DNA of 63,116 nt, counting the filler, from Collodictyon triciliatum (taxonomy: Eukaryota), in assembly GCA_043381765.1 (NCBI GenBank). It is 5 parts of 5 records of this genome, joined end to end, with 100 filler letters (N's around TTAATTAATTAA, not from the genome) between each part and the next. Parts side by side here need not be neighbours in the genome. Positions count along the whole stretch, not along the records: positions 20,013 to 39,915 come from JBHJMP010001272.1; positions 40,016 to 52,664 come from JBHJMP010001274.1; 3 more parts are not named here. One strand, 5' to 3'. The notes beneath the pieces are model-generated. The model ran no database searches. It was not told the DNA's origin and saw nothing but the letters and a program-made list of their open reading frames with translations. Below are positions 28,496-46,775 of the stretch, one piece after another. The position numbers were made by a program, and so were the translations under genes. Every line of letters begins with the position of its first letter. Position 1 is the first letter of the stretch.

Positions 28496-29986
28496 AGTAA
28501 ATAGCTTCTTTTTATCTCCCTTTTTACATTCTCTTCAAATCTACCAAAAATAAATACCCTTGCATCATTTTTACATTTCCCCCTCTCTATCTCTGGAAAA
28601 CGCACCTTGCGACGAAATACGGGGAAAATAGAAAATATACCTTACTGCTCTTATTCTTTTGCGGATCTATTTACGACATTTGCAAAGTGTGCAGTGCGTT
28701 TTGTGGCTTCATATTTCTGATTCAATCCCTTTTATTATATTCCCTTGTCGATGATTTATCAAAAGGTACTGGATCCATCAGACCTTGTGATTGACATCGA
28801 AATAACTGATATGGGCGATTCCAGCGCCGTTTGTGCTTCGGCGTTGCTTGAAGTGGGTGTGCAGCCTATTGTAGATGTATAGAAGATAACACGAACTATG
28901 ATGGCTGGCTGCCAGTAAATTGAAACCTGAATCCAGTTCTTCTGCACCGTGTCGATGAAAAAAAAATCTTCTCTCCTTTTTTTGTTCTATAATCCTCCCT
29001 GGTCATAAACTTAGGGCCGACGCGTACCACGTTTTGTTGTTCGTTTTGGCTGCGTCGCACGTGGATGTGATGCCTCGAGATACAAGCCTTCCTTCTGCTC
29101 TTCCCTCGAAATAATCTTGGTCAAATTTGGGCAAAGATTGGCAGAAACGAACCACAATTATGGAAAACCCAAAACATTTCATGAATTTGTCCTTTTTTGA
29201 ATTTCCAGGAAAACACAAGTAAATCAATTGATAGTACCTTATCTTTTAAAATAGACTACTTCTTTGAATTATTCGAGACAGACAAAACCACTTAGCGCCC
29301 ACTCTCGGTCTAATTCCTTGGAATTTCCAAGAACTACGTCATCATTCGTCACGGATCTATTTCCAAAAAGGTAGATTTTTCCTGTCCACGAAGCCTGCAA
29401 TCAATGCGCAATCACGCCGAAATGTACATGCCTTGTGATGAGGCTGTTTCCTGTGTGCGAATTGGTTCAAGAGCGGCGCCCTTATGATGCGCACTGATAG
29501 CCAACCAACGTGAGAAAAAGTCATTATTGAGCAGCTTCAGCATGGACACACACTGAGCGGAACCGAGCATGAGAACGAGAAGCTTCGTGGGAGCAGAGAG
29601 ACGAACCAAGCGCCTCTTGTGAGCAGCATGTCTTTGCGTCTGAGAGGAAGCGCTTTTCGCGGCGCGGCAAGTTGGGTCGAATCGGTGGCTCTTTGCTCTG
29701 TTCAATTCGGACTCTTTTTTTTTTTTTTTAATTTAATTTTTATTTTTCATCATTTTTCTTCTTGATTCATCTCGGTCGTGTTCCGTTTTCTGAAGCCCGA
29801 AAAGACTCTTCGAGAAGTGTCCTCCACCCTATGTTGCTGTGTTGTTTGTTTTCCTGCACTGTATGAGTACGGTGGGGAAACCGTGGCTCATGAGAGGATC
29901 GAGAGACTGCTTGTCCTTGCACCAGACGCAACTCACAGCCCAGATGAACGAGTCGTATTGCTAACCCCGACAAACTCCACTCACAG

Positions 29987-34375
<4,389 letters not shown>

Positions 34376-34602
34376 ACGGCGCCTCCTGCGTCCCCGTCTT
34401 TGTGACTATCTTCATGCTGGAACTAAGCCCTCAGAGAAACGAGTCGCCGAGAAAACTAAACCTCTGGCTCGCTCTGTGCAACCCTCGTCTAGATTATGTG
34501 ACGCCTCTGATTCGCTAATAGCCTGCGAACAATTTCTCATTTTTTTTTTTTTTTTGTTAGTTGTGATGTTCGCGTCAGTGACACTTTATATGCCTCTGCA
34601 CC

Positions 34603-37600
34603 TCACGCTGGGCTGAGGGCTACATCCCTGATGGTCGGGGATGCGTTGCTGAGGGTCACGGTGACTGTGGCCGGCTGATAGCCTGTGTGATTGCAGTGAT
34701 GGAATGTGATGAGTGGACTTGCCGGCGACTCCCAAAGAGCATAGTGTGTTGGGGTCGAAGGAGGGCGGTTAAGGAGCGACCTGCAGCGGAGAACGTGAAC
34801 GTGTATGTGCCATTGGGTAGGAACTCATAGAAGCGCCCAAAGACGGCGTCTGTGTAGCGGGTTTCTCCACTTTGCCAGGCAACCTCACGGACTGCAGAAG
34901 GTTTCATGGTTAGCGATGGGGTTTGTGGTTTGTGATGTGTGATGGCGGGTTTGGTTGAGTGGCACCGTCGATCTTTGCGCGGATGGGTCGTCCAGTGCGT
35001 GAGTCGGTCACGCGGCCCGAAAGTGGGATGGTCTTGTCGAACACTGCCTGAACAAGGGGCCACAGTCGGTTGGCTTCGGCAATCGCACGGGAGTAGCTGA
35101 GTGATGTGATGTGATGTGATGTGATGTGATGTGATGTGATGTGATGTAATGTATTTTTTTTTTTTGGTGACCCAACAAGGAAAAGAGAAAGCACCTGGGT
35201 TGGAACTCTGTCTCAGTCTCGACGAGGAATGCGTAGTTACTCAGCTCTTTGATAGCAAATTGCTGATGCTCGCCATCAGCGCTGATGCAATAGTTGTGAG
35301 AGTGAGTTCGCGCAGCAGTGTATCAATCATGTTTACAAACTCGTGAAATTTGAAAGGTGGGTGATAAAATTAGTTGTTTGTTTTTCTTCTAAAAAAACTA
35401 TTGTGTATAAAAGATATGCAATGGAGCACGCCTGTGGGCTCGGTTCTTGTTTACGCAGTTGTATAGAATGCGGGTGTATATGATATTTGAGAGGAATCAA
35501 ACGCACCTGGGGACGCGGTTGGCATAGTTGACTATTTTCGCCAGGTTTGTTCCCTCAGAGATGACATAGTTGTTGATGATGGAGGGAATCGGGGTGCATC
35601 TGAAAATGCGAGGAAATGACTTTTTCATATGTTCCTTTTCACATTTCTTTGAATCGAATAAAGGAAAAAAAAAATGTTCCTTTACACATTTGGAGGATAC
35701 TGTCGGGTATTCTCATTGACACAATTAGAAAAGGAGAGGGGAAAGAAAAATTGTCCCTCATAAAGTCGACTTATATGTTGTATGCGGCGGAGAGGTAAAT
35801 ATATCTCGTGATCATAAAAGTAAAATAATAAAGTATTCTCCCAATTACGTGTATGACAGAAGAACTTCGCGTCCGTACGAGTGGAAATCAATGACTTTGG
35901 CAAAATGACGCTTTCGGCTGAACAAAATCAGGTTCTGCAGTGTGTATTACAAGGAGTAAAAAAAGTAACTACATAAGCCAATACTTTGTCGTTGATACTA
36001 TTAAAAAAAAAAAAGAAAAAGAGTACACTTTCAGTTTGTTCCCTACTTTTTTTTCTATGCAATAGGTTCTACATTCATATTGATTATAAGACTATGATTC
36101 ATGTGAACCCAGCGCCATTCTGCATAGCTGAGTATATGTTCAATTTTCTTCATTTCACTGAATCATATCATACTTGAGTCTCCTCTTCAGAGTTTGCGGA
36201 TGGTCCGCGGTATGTCTCGCTTGATGGTCTATATAACGAAGTAATTAATTGATATTAACTCGACTTCTTCCTTTTTTTGCACAGCCAACTTATGCCAAAG
36301 AGGAGCTATATAAATAGTTTATGAATACATGGTCTTAATGACTATATATTATTGAAAGAAAAATAATGTTTTCTACATTGAACTTCCTCCACAGGAGCTA
36401 GCCCATCCCAGGTCATAGTTTCGGTTTTGGTCGACCTATGAGACATTTCATCTGAGTTGGAAGCTAGGAAATAAAATAAAGAAATTATTCAACAAATGGA
36501 ACTTCTATTATGTATATCGTCGTACACCAAAGGCAGTTGATGAGACAGGTTTGCGATTCTTTCTCCACCTAGCAAAATAAATTACTAAAAGAAAAAGAAG
36601 ATCAAACATCTATAAAGAAAAAGAATAATGCACATCATTTTTTACACACTTTATTTACGTACATGTTATTGACTCTCCAGACGTACTCATACCCATCTAT
36701 GTATTATTTGGGGTTTAATTTTAAGTTTAGCAGTTATATAATGAACAAAGTCTTTCAAGAGGATTTCAGATACACAGGCGTGAGCTTGCCTGGATTCCAG
36801 ATCGGAGCAAGAAAGATCTCATTATTGTCCACATAGGACCGTATTTTGTTATCCCTGTTATTTGCATGTTAGCCTAACAGCAGAGTTTTTCTTCAATGTG
36901 GTTACATGAATACAAATAGCAAATATGACTTTTTACCATGAACGACTGATGTTGTAATTTCACTTTGTCAAAAAAAAAAAGACGAAAAATATTGTAAAAA
37001 TATATGATGAAAATATTCGTGTCCTTCGTTTAGTATTGTATGTTTATTACGTGGCATATCCTTCGGTCAAGCGGCGGATGATGTCCAAAATAATTTCTGG
37101 TGTAATAATTTCACTGTAGCGGGTGTGTGTCAGACAATTATTGCAAGAGCAAACATGAAAAGAACTGGCGAGTATGTTATGCTGTCAAGAAGTAGATGAT
37201 TACCGTGCATGGTGAAGTGCTACGAAGAAAACCTGGTAAGAAGGACACATGGAACAAATAATATCATTAGTGAACATGGTTGTGAATCAAAGGAGATGTC
37301 ATTAACCTCTGCTTCTTACAATATTATTCTAATCTTTCCAGTGGACTTAATTCAATAGTTACATTAGGCTCATCCTCATCGACTTGGACGTTGTCTGATA
37401 TCTTTAACGCGTACATCGGCCGCCCCTTAATATTTTTTTTAAAAAAAAGAAGAAAAGTGAGTGAAACCTCGACATACGAATTTTTCTTTTAAAGTATGTG
37501 GGAAAATACTATATGTTTATTTTGTATTTAGGGACATCAAATGTATAGCTGCAGTAGCTGTAAATTTAGTATTGATATTATGTAATCATTTTCCCCCTTC

Positions 37601-38601
37601 ACTCGATGTTACATAATCAATTTAAATAAACATAAGAGCACACACACAAACTATGGTGCCAATGAAGGAACGCAAAATATACCTCAATGTGCATGTATGA
37701 TATGATTCTGTCATAGGCATATGCTCACCTCATAAGTGTTGCCGATACCGTATTCCTTTCCAACATCAACTAGCTTAGCTATAGAAGGATATTTGTTCTG
37801 AGTCTCCAACAACAGTGCGTTGATTGTGGCAAGGTCGCGATACCCAGAGGGAAGAGCCTCTCTATCATGGACCAAGCAGCGTCAAGGTAATTGTTTTGTG
37901 CAAGGCGCGGGTTAGTGAAGCAAAAAGCAATTTAAAATGCAATACGCTTTTTTTTATTTTTACGCTTAGAAACATCTAGTTTATATATAAAGAGTTGTTT
38001 GCTTGAGAGAAAAAGGGCAACTTTTTATTTATCTTATTGATATCATGGGATATTATGCGTGACTAAATAGCATAATTATGTCATATACTCGGCCAGTTTT
38101 TCAGCCAAGGGTCTCGCCTTCTCAACGATGTTGTAGTGAATTCGATTCACGTTCAGGAGTTGAAGATCAGTGGGACTGGCGAAGAGCTGCATTGGTTCAT
38201 GGTGTAAGGGGAACACATTAGTCAAGTCTGCTTATCTTGCAACGATTATGTTAATGAGGCACTAAAGAGCCTTGTCGTTGGAATAAACTAGCAATAGAGT
38301 GAAAGCTTGCCTCAATGATCTGCAACTCTGTGAGATAAACCGAGTCCAGCCCGAGAGAGTCCACACGATCCTTCAGAGCCGGGCCGCTTTGTTGATTGAC
38401 GTTGATCTGAGTGGCAATTGCACAAAAGTCAGAGGATCTGAGGTATGCGGCGAACCTTTAGGCGCTTTTGTCTTTCCAAAGTGCTTATCTTATGTTTAAA
38501 ACAACCTGCAAGCGAAAGAGCGGCTCATCGAGCCCAAAAGCCCAGGCAGAAGAGACAAGGACAAGGAAAATCAGCGCACTTACGGCAACCCTTCGAGGCA
38601 T
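34603..38601 (-). CDS. Secreted zinc carboxypeptidase, M14 family, carboxypeptidase T-like, with C-terminal CarboxypepD_reg-like domain; about 17 introns
   Basis: Signal peptide MPRRVAVSALIFLVLVSSAWA. Motifs YE|GRPMYALKISDNVQVDEDEP, LHHAR|E, WNP|DGY, WRKNR, G|VDQNRNY, SETYRGPSANSEEE, IDFHSYG, AFLVET. Tail LSGRVTDSRTGRPI..GTYTFTFSAAG|Y. Confidence 0.88.
35101..35147. repeat. (GATGT)n microsatellite directly upstream of an acceptor in the carboxypeptidase gene
   Basis: Directly visible. Confidence 0.9.
35629..35691 (+). mobile_element. Tiny poly(A)-tailed insert (same family) with 18-bp TSD, intronic
   Basis: ATGTTCCTTTTCACATTT + CTTTGAATCGAATAAAGG(A)9 + ATGTTCCTTTACACATTT (17/18 identical). 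Confidence 0.75.
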
Positions 38602-39091
38602 TCTATTACCAATGTCGGTATGTAACTCTTGCGAGATGGATAGGTGGATGGATAGAATAAAGAGCCTTCGAACTCATGACGGAACTCGTGTGCAAAGGCG
38701 AGGGTATGTTTGTGCGATCGAGTGATGGGAAGTGATTTGATTCTTTCATTCGCTCAATTGATTTTGCATTTGCTGTCAATTCTCTTTCTTTCTCATGTAT
38801 TTTGTATTTTGGTAAACAACACGTTTTCCATATCTCGGCTGTGGTGGGTGTCTCAGAGTCCATCCTTGGAATGTCTCAACAGGTGATGAATGATGGGCAT
38901 TGATTTATTTCGTCAAGGTATTAGCGGTATTGGGACGGAAGGTGCGCATCGAACAAGACGACGAAGATATGGCAGGGGGAATCAAATGTTTGAAGTGAGG
39001 CGAAATGCTAGGAGGGTGTGACATAATTGCTTGAGATACGGACACTGGAGGAGATATGTGAGTTTGCTAAGAAATAATAATAAGGAATAGC

Positions 39092-39759
39092 TCAGCTTAA
39101 GTCGGGAGAACCGAATAGGAGAAAATGTTGGCTCATTCGACGAGCAGGCAGCCGAACGGCTTCGTTGTGTGTGTCTGGTTCTTTGTCTTCACTTTTTGTG
39201 ATGTCCCCGCTAGACTCTATGTCTCGGCCAGCAATGCCTAGACCGATAGCTTTAGGAATATCTTCGTCGTCATCACTTCCATAGCTGTCTTCATCTTCGT
39301 CGTCAGCCAACACGATTTCCCGGACCATGCGCAAGAGTTGTCCGTCACGCAATCGCCTTCGTGGCGTGCTCTATTACGACCGAAGGTTAGAGTTGCCAAA
39401 GTACTTTGTGAGTGACATCGGTATGGCATATTACTTATCCATATTGGCTACTTGCAACAGAAATGAAGGCAAAGGTAAAAGCAAAAGCAAAAGCAAAACA
39501 AAGTTACAGGTGATGATGACTCCAAGACTTTTGGAGAGACGTTGGCGGACAGGAATGAAGTCAAAACTGGCGAATTGCGCAGCAGGCTTGGAAGGCGCAT
39601 CCTAGGAATCCCAAAAGCAGGGTTGATAGTTTCCGGACCGAATCGGTTATTGGTGGCGCTGGCGGAAGCTGCGTCGATTGATCGAATCGCCCCCAGCAGA
39701 CTCCGTGGCGGAGACCGAGCAGTGAGCACGGGTGTGGGTATTTCGCTTGGGGTCGACAT
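39092..39759 (-). CDS. Uncharacterised S/P-rich and acidic low-complexity protein (at least 2 exons; 5' end may lie beyond the contig)
   Basis: ORF MSTPSEIPTP..ESSSP|gtaact ...atag|STPRRRLRDGQLLRMVREIVLADDEDEDS..., phase consistent; no recognisable domain. Confidence 0.45.
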
Positions 39760-39817
39760 CTTCTGTGCACTGATGGAGATGCGCACATCAAGTGGGGTTA
39801 CCACGGTATCTTAGTCG

Positions 39818-39915
39818 TGTTTGTTTGTTTGTTTGTTTGTTTGTTTGTTTGTTTGTTTGTTTGTTTGTTTGTTTGTTTGTTTGTTTGTTTGTTTGTTTGT
39901 TTGTTTGTTTGTTTG
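39818..39915. repeat. (GTTT)n microsatellite at contig end
   Basis: Directly visible. Confidence 0.95.
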
Positions 39916-40015
39916 NNNNNNNNNNNNNNNNNNNNNNNNNNNNNNNNNNNNNNNNNNNNTTAATTAATTAANNNNNNNNNNNNNNNNNNNNNNNNNNNNN
40001 NNNNNNNNNNNNNNN
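39916..40015. other. Artificial contig linker
   Basis: N44-TTAATTAATTAA-N44. Confidence 0.97.
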
Positions 40016-40065
40016 GTTTTTGTTTTTGTTTTTGTTTTTGTTTTTGTTTTTGTTTTTGTTTTTGT

Positions 40066-40102
<37 letters not shown>

Positions 40103-40184
40103 GTTTGGATTACTCGTGCATTAGTATGTAGTTTTGATGTTACCTATCTCAAGAGAATGTATCGGTTCGCGTCCTGTCGCTCTA

Positions 40185-41709
40185 ATGAATGCTAATTCGT
40201 TCAAACATTACCTTGAAGCTTTGCTCAACAATGATGAGCTTCCTCAGGGACACTCGGGCGATGATAAATGTCGTGCTGTTAGCGCAGTTATCTACAAGAT
40301 GATTCGAGAAGGGTGCGTCATATTCTCTGTTTTAGAACTAAATTTCATCAATTAACAAACTAATAATCCAAGGTATCAATATCTATGCATTTTCATATAT
40401 CTGAATCAAATCATTTTTTTTTATTTTAATGATCAACAAAACAGAGCGCGAAATCCGAACCCGATTTTCATCGAGGACTTGAATGATAGCAAATACAATT
40501 ATTATTCATCAGGGCCATCGTGTTGTTTTTGTTTTGGAGGAGGCGAACAGTATTCACTGATATCATCATCATCTATTATCCTACTTAACATATATATTTT
40601 AAACTTCTATATATTTCCATGACAAAGACACTCCGAAACATCATGTAGATTCATTCTTTGCATTCGAACATGAAAATCCACCAGAAGTCTTTTAATAACT
40701 CCATAACGACCTTCTGATTACAATTGTATTTTAATCCCAAACAGGCGATACGACATGCCCGAAGTCAAACACATATATGTTTACATTAGAAAAATCATGC
40801 GCACCACAGGTTCGGTGAAACTGGTCAAGCATTTATACAGTTATTCACCACGGCAACCACTAATCCAATTTCCTTTGATGAGCTAGGGATGGGTCTTGAT
40901 GTCACCATCATCGGTCTAGTGCTGATTGATCGGTAATCCATACAAAAAAATATATTGTTTCTCCCAGATTGTCATACAGAAGATACGCATCAATATGATT
41001 TGTGTTTTTTTTTTTTTTTTTTTTGTTTTTTTTGTTTTTTTGTTTTAAAAAAGCTAACATTCATTTCTGTGCAGTTTGGTGAAGAAAACTGGACTTACAT
41101 TGTCGCCTAACAATTGGAAACCGACAGTTTTTGCATGCATGCTACTTGCAAGCAAGGCGTGGGGAGATGACGAAGTGCGCTTTTGCAACGCAGACTTGAC
41201 TTATTTGACCGGCGTTACTGATTACTCTCTCCCGGATGTGAACAGAATTGAGAGAAAAGTTTTAGAGCTTTTGCAGTATGATATCAACGTTTCATCAAAT
41301 ATGTAAGTATGCTTGGCTTGATTGCCCAGTGACGCAAGGATGCGATGTCTTTGCTTCCATCTAAAAGTGCTTACAAGCCCTCTCCCGTCCACTTCTTTCC
41401 TTTTTCCTTTTTCCTTTTTCCTTTTTCCTTTCTTTTTTTCCCCCTTTTTCCCCCCTTTTCCCTCTATCTATTCTTTTCATTTTCTCTTACATGCCACAGT
41501 ATCTACTTTAAATTATCGTCATGAACATGCAGTCGCTGTTTTGTATTAATTTTGTGTCTTGCTTGCCCATTGTTTACAGATATGCCAATTACTACTTTGG
41601 TCTTCTTGCGCACTCAAAGCCCAAAGAATCAAACAACTTCCGTACAAAGTTCTATGCTCGCCCCGGTGTTGCAAAGAATATCGCCGCACGACCAAAGCAG
41701 CAGGTTTAG
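40185..41709 (+). CDS. Cyclin Y-like protein (start uncertain, possibly 5'-truncated)
   Basis: IIGLVLIDR|LVKKTGLTLSPNNWKPTVFACMLLASKAWGDD..DVNRIERKVLELLQYDINVSSN|IYANYYFGL matches the cyclin Y box pattern (NW..LLASKVWDD; YAKYYF). Confidence 0.85.
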
Positions 41710-42409
41710 ACCTTTGTGAACAGTTCTCGACGAGATTCGAATCCAGACTCTTTTGACATCGCCCGAATCACGCACCCTTTTTGCTATATGCGCCCCCAGA
41801 TTCTGAAAATAGTCTTCTTTAGCAACCAGAGAAAACGGAGAGCACAACGCCGAAACTCGCAACTACGCTTTAAGTACAGAAGTGCAGCAGAGGCAAAAGA
41901 AACTACAAACACAACGGGTATCACAAAAGAGTCATGGGATGCAGATTGCAAATAAGGGGAATGTCAAAACGGAGAGAGAGACAATATGAATGACTTCAAA
42001 TCGATGGGATTATATTTCTCTTTTTAATTCTGCCTTTTCTTTGCCTTTCCTTTTTGCTCCTCGATTTTTTAATTTTTGAAGTCGAAGCCACCAAAAAGTC
42101 GTTATATTACTTTTAACCCCCTCGTTATCATTGCCATTCGATTTAATTATTCATAAACACTCGATATTTTTTAAATTATGGATTACAAGAAGAAAAAAAA
42201 AAAGAGAAATAGAGAAAGAGATTATCGGCGGATGTACGGGTCGTGTGGTATTGCAATCTTAGTTTACACTTTATTTCATTATCGAGTAAATCATCGTTAG
42301 TAAAGCTCTAGAAGTGCAACAGCGGTTTACTGTGGTTGTTGCTGAGCTATTGGATATACTCTCGCTGCAACGCATCTAGGACACAGATTGAACACTGAAT
42401 GAACGGACC

Positions 42410-45400
42410 TTATTGATGGCTGCCCTTCGCGCGGATGCGGGAGGCTTTTGAGTTTGATGTTTTTGAAATGAGTGCCCTGTGAGAGATAAAATAAATAAGC
42501 ATGCTTGCTTCAAATATCAGAGTTTGCAGATACGGTCATGCGCACTGCGGGTATCACTCGCATACACAGCTCGATTTACATGAACCCATCGTACTTTTCA
42601 ATCCTGACAACCACGGCATCGTCCGCACCGTCCTCCTCGCCAACATAAACTCCTCCATCGAATCCTAAGACGTGTGTGGCGTTGGAAGATGTTGGCCGAG
42701 AAATGGTCTGTAGTGGTGTTTTTGCTCTGCTCGACGGGCGTCTGGTTATGATGTGCTGTGAGTCGGGTGAATCGAAGCATAGAAGCAGCATGTGATATTT
42801 TTCCCTTCAGTTTGCCTGTGGTCGTTTTTTGCATCAAGATGAATAGTGCAGATAATAAGCGATGAGTGGCTACGTTCTCGAGAGGGCGCTTTGTGAGCTG
42901 TTGATGCCAGGAAGCAAGGAAGATTCACGCTCAAACGGCGTAAGGAACTGGTCAAGCTCTGTGCTGAGAGCCACGGAAGCCCTGCAAGCGATGCGAAGGT
43001 ATATCAATTACCGTCATCGTGTGGCACAGAGGATTGAAAAATGCCAAATCGTTGAAGGTCGTCCATTCATTACCCACATTTCGTTCAACCGAATAAAGGA
43101 AACAAAAATAGTTACATAGCTTTTTTTTTTTCTTGTTATCAGTATGGCAGAAATAAAGGAGCGATAAAAAGAAAGAAGTCGATGAGCAAATACGTAATGC
43201 AAGTCTAAGGCGGGGTCGTAATGGTGCATAAGAAAACTGGGCAAGCATTGTACTTTTCATAAGTCATGATATCCTCCTCGCATGGGGAATTCTTTCTTGT
43301 GATGTTTGCTGGTGTGTGGAAAATGGGGCTGCTAGTGTTGTGCGAGGGTGTAGTAGACCTAGAATTCAACGTCTGAAGCAAAATAATAATAATTCTTTTA
43401 TGCTAAATACGATAGAATCCAGTTTGGATAGAAGCTTCAAAATATACAAAAAGAATCTAATTGGTTTCAATCAGCCGTAGTTATTGCATTGATATATACA
43501 TATACCGCTGTAATGTTTCTGATTGTGTCGTCGATTCGCTTAGAGTAAATTTCAAAGTCTTTCTTGTCAAGCTTTTCCTCGCTTATTCTCTTTCCAGCAA
43601 TCTGTGGGTAGACTTTTTCAATTTCGCTGGTGTTTGAGTGTGCAAATCAATGATGTTTGTAATTAACACTCTCATTTTTTTCTTTAAAATAGCAACAGTA
43701 ATGAATAAGTAGAGGGTGAAAACCTTATCTTGCTTCATCTGTAGTAGCAGCTGGATCTTTTCCATTTCCTTTTCAATAAGTTTGGACTCTTCGGTCTTTA
43801 ATTGGAACATCTCTATTATCTCTCTTTGGTCATATAGAATCTTGATGAATCGGTCGAACTCAGCTTGGTCAACCTTAAAATATTTATCTGAATTTATATA
43901 TGAAAAGAATGGTAATTTATGACAGTCTTATGGGAAAAACCTTTGAAACAAATGTGCAAGATAAATCCTCCAGTCTTTCAACGATAGAATGAAGCAGTTG
44001 GTATTGTGGGGAACTTGACGCTGGACTCGAAGCAACCTTGGTTTTGATTTGTTCAATTTAAAAAAAAATACAATATATCGATCTATGTCGACATTAAATC
44101 ATAAAGACATATAAATGCACAGAAATTATCGAATAAAGGGAAAAAAATATAAATGCACAGAAACGTAAGCATAGGCACAAACTTCAAAATAATCTATGAA
44201 CCATAAATAATGAAGTTTCCCAAAAACAAACCGGAAGCAAAGGATTAGAGTGTTTCAAGTGTAATTTTCCAGGGGCGATTCGCGCCTGCAGGTTATATAT
44301 CTCGCCGTATGGAATTCCATTCAACCGATCGAATGTGTACGCATCCGGCGTGGCTCCATCCATTATTCCCCTAGTTTCCAGTTGATGCACTCTGACTATA
44401 AAAAGCGTGTGAAGAGCCTCATTTAATTAAGGATAACGCCTTTTCTTCTTCGTGACGACTTTATCATTTTGCAACACTGGTTGTAGTTATTTTTAATCTA
44501 GATCAACACCCATAAGCTCAGAGAATTGCAGATGGTGCGCATCAAACTCTGATTTATCAAGCTTCGTCCCGATGTCATGCAAAGTGGTGGCCCTATCTTG
44601 CTGTGTGTTTCAAATGAGAGTCATTAGAACAAGATAGCTTGTAAATTTCATTTCTATTTCCTGAATCGTTCGAAGCAGACCATGTAGTGGGTGCAAGTCA
44701 CGTAATCACCAAGCGTGATGGACAGTTTTGCGTATATTTGGTCGTGGATTGTGGATTCTAACTTTGTAATTCTGGTCCAGAGGGTGTCTTTTGCATCCTT
44801 TCCCAGAGATAATAGCATGTGTTTCAATATAAGGAGAGAGAGAGAGAAAATAGTGGTAATATAAGATAAAGGTTGCATGATTTAAAATTGCGAGAACAAA
44901 ACATTTCTTTTTCGAATGAATATGGTACTCATGAAAGATAAGTTTATTACGATAGAAAAGTTTTGTGTCTGGTTTAGCTTCGCCCTTATGTCTGTTAGTT
45001 CGCCAAGAATGGCTTTTTTTGAATCCAACGATTGGTCAACCAGCTGCCTCAACTCATCGGATAGTTTTTGCGTCTGTAAGTATATTAAAGAAAGCGGGAA
45101 AATCCTGTTTCAGTGTCTACCAAGTATGTCAACAATAGTGATATATATATATATATTAAAATCAGTTTATAGATACCATCGATGATAAGAAAAGATTGGA
45201 TAATGCACGAATCTAACAGGCCGATCGACCTTTGTGCAATAAAGAATGACAAAGTGGATATGACAGATAACCAACCGATGTTGCAAATGACGCCAGTGAC
45301 TCCGATTTTGATTGCAAAGCCTGCGTCAATTCCTTGATTTTCTGGTCGTGACTTTCCACCTGCATGAAAAATGTGGAGGCATCCTGCAGCCGAGTAATGT

Positions 45401-46224
45401 ATGGCTCAATCATGTTGTTTATCTTGCTCTCTAGTGCCTAGCAGGAAAGAATAAATGTCGGATGACTGCAGATACGGGAACGAAATTGATTGTGCAATGC
45501 CTTTCAAATATGGTAATCAGATCAATGAGAAAGAAAAAGTGAATATGTAGTATTTCCTGGGTTGCATAATAAGTAGCAGGGGAACATATCAAACTGTACG
45601 TCAAAAAAATATGGATAGGTGGAAGGAAGGAGGGAAAGTAAAAGAGGAAAAATAAAGGTGCATTTATAGAGTGCGATTCCCACCGCAAAGAATTATAATA
45701 TATATATATATATATCAAGATTAGGAATCAACCATGTCGGTTCTTATCTGGATCGAATTATGATAAAGAAAAAAGAAACCTCGTCGGTTCTTTTCTGGGA
45801 CTCTGTTCGGTCTTCGATGTGGGCGTTTGAGGAGGAGCGATTAAGCGTTGTTTTGATTGACGTGCTGCGTCCGCGCAGAGGCGTACTGGCGGGACTCTGC
45901 TCGGCCTCCCGCAGAGGTGCAGTGCGAGGTTTGCTTGCCCTGGAAAACAGAGAGGCAGGAGGGCGTTCAGGAGCAGGGCAGACTCGCGCATTTTTGTGGG
46001 GATTTCCCAACGGATGCAGAGGCAGAGGCAGAGCGCGAGTGAGGAACGGTTCAAGAGAGAAGGGGAATGGCTGACCGGTCGATTTCGTCTCGCAGGCGGA
46101 TTTGGTTTGTCTCCAGCGCTCTGATTCGCTCGCCCTGCTGTCCCAAAAGTCGCTGCTGATCGCGGAGCATTTCGAAGCAGGTTGCCAGTGTCACTTCCTG
46201 AACAGCAAAACCCGTCGACTCCAT
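42410..46224 (-). CDS. Uncharacterised multi-exon coiled-coil protein (boundaries approximate)
   Basis: Chain of GT-AG-bounded heptad-rich exons (e.g. HDQKIKELTQALQSKSESL; DTLWTRITKLESTIHDQ; EESKLIEKEMEKIQLLLQMKQDK); no family recognised. Confidence 0.55.
44109..44163 (+). mobile_element. Tiny poly(A)-tailed insert (same family) with perfect 17-bp TSD, intronic
   Basis: ATATAAATGCACAGAAA + TTATCGAATAAAGGGAAAAAA + ATATAAATGCACAGAAA. Confidence 0.75.
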
Positions 46225-46673
46225 CGAAAACTGCGCCCTGTGGGTCGGGTTTCTTGTTGCTTTGAGCTGCTTTCTGTCTCCTGTTTTGCCAGAGTCTTGC
46301 GTCTTCCGGCTTTTTGAGTTTCTCTGGTTTTTAGTATTCTGTGTGATTGGCCGCTTGTCAGATCGTTGTTTGGCTCGTCCAGATTGCGTTGGTATATTTT
46401 CCACATCTGTTTCAACGGTTCCTTTTCTGGGTGGCAGGCGCACCTTTCTGCCTAGGGAGGAAGCTGGTTGTTGCTCGGCGGGCAGATACAAGCAAAAAGA
46501 TTCGGCGACAGATTCACAGTTTGCACTTTTTTCTGGGCTGAGTGTGGTGATGAGAATGGAAGGTGGATTCGTTCACATGTGAAGTAAAAGTATGGAGCAG
46601 TACAAAATAAATTCAGAATAAACAATAAGGGATTCATCAGGCTTTTGCAAAGGGTCGCCGCCTTATGAAAATG

Positions 46674-46718
<45 letters not shown>

Positions 46719-46775
46719 AGTTCTGTATTGGTTTGCTTATTTGAGAGCAGAAAGATTTTCTATGAGGTGTGGCAT

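Noticed and set aside
28759-29705. Short minus-strand ORFs with possible splice sites between the FG-GAP gene and SDHA
   Set aside because: No consistent reading frame or family motif could be established.
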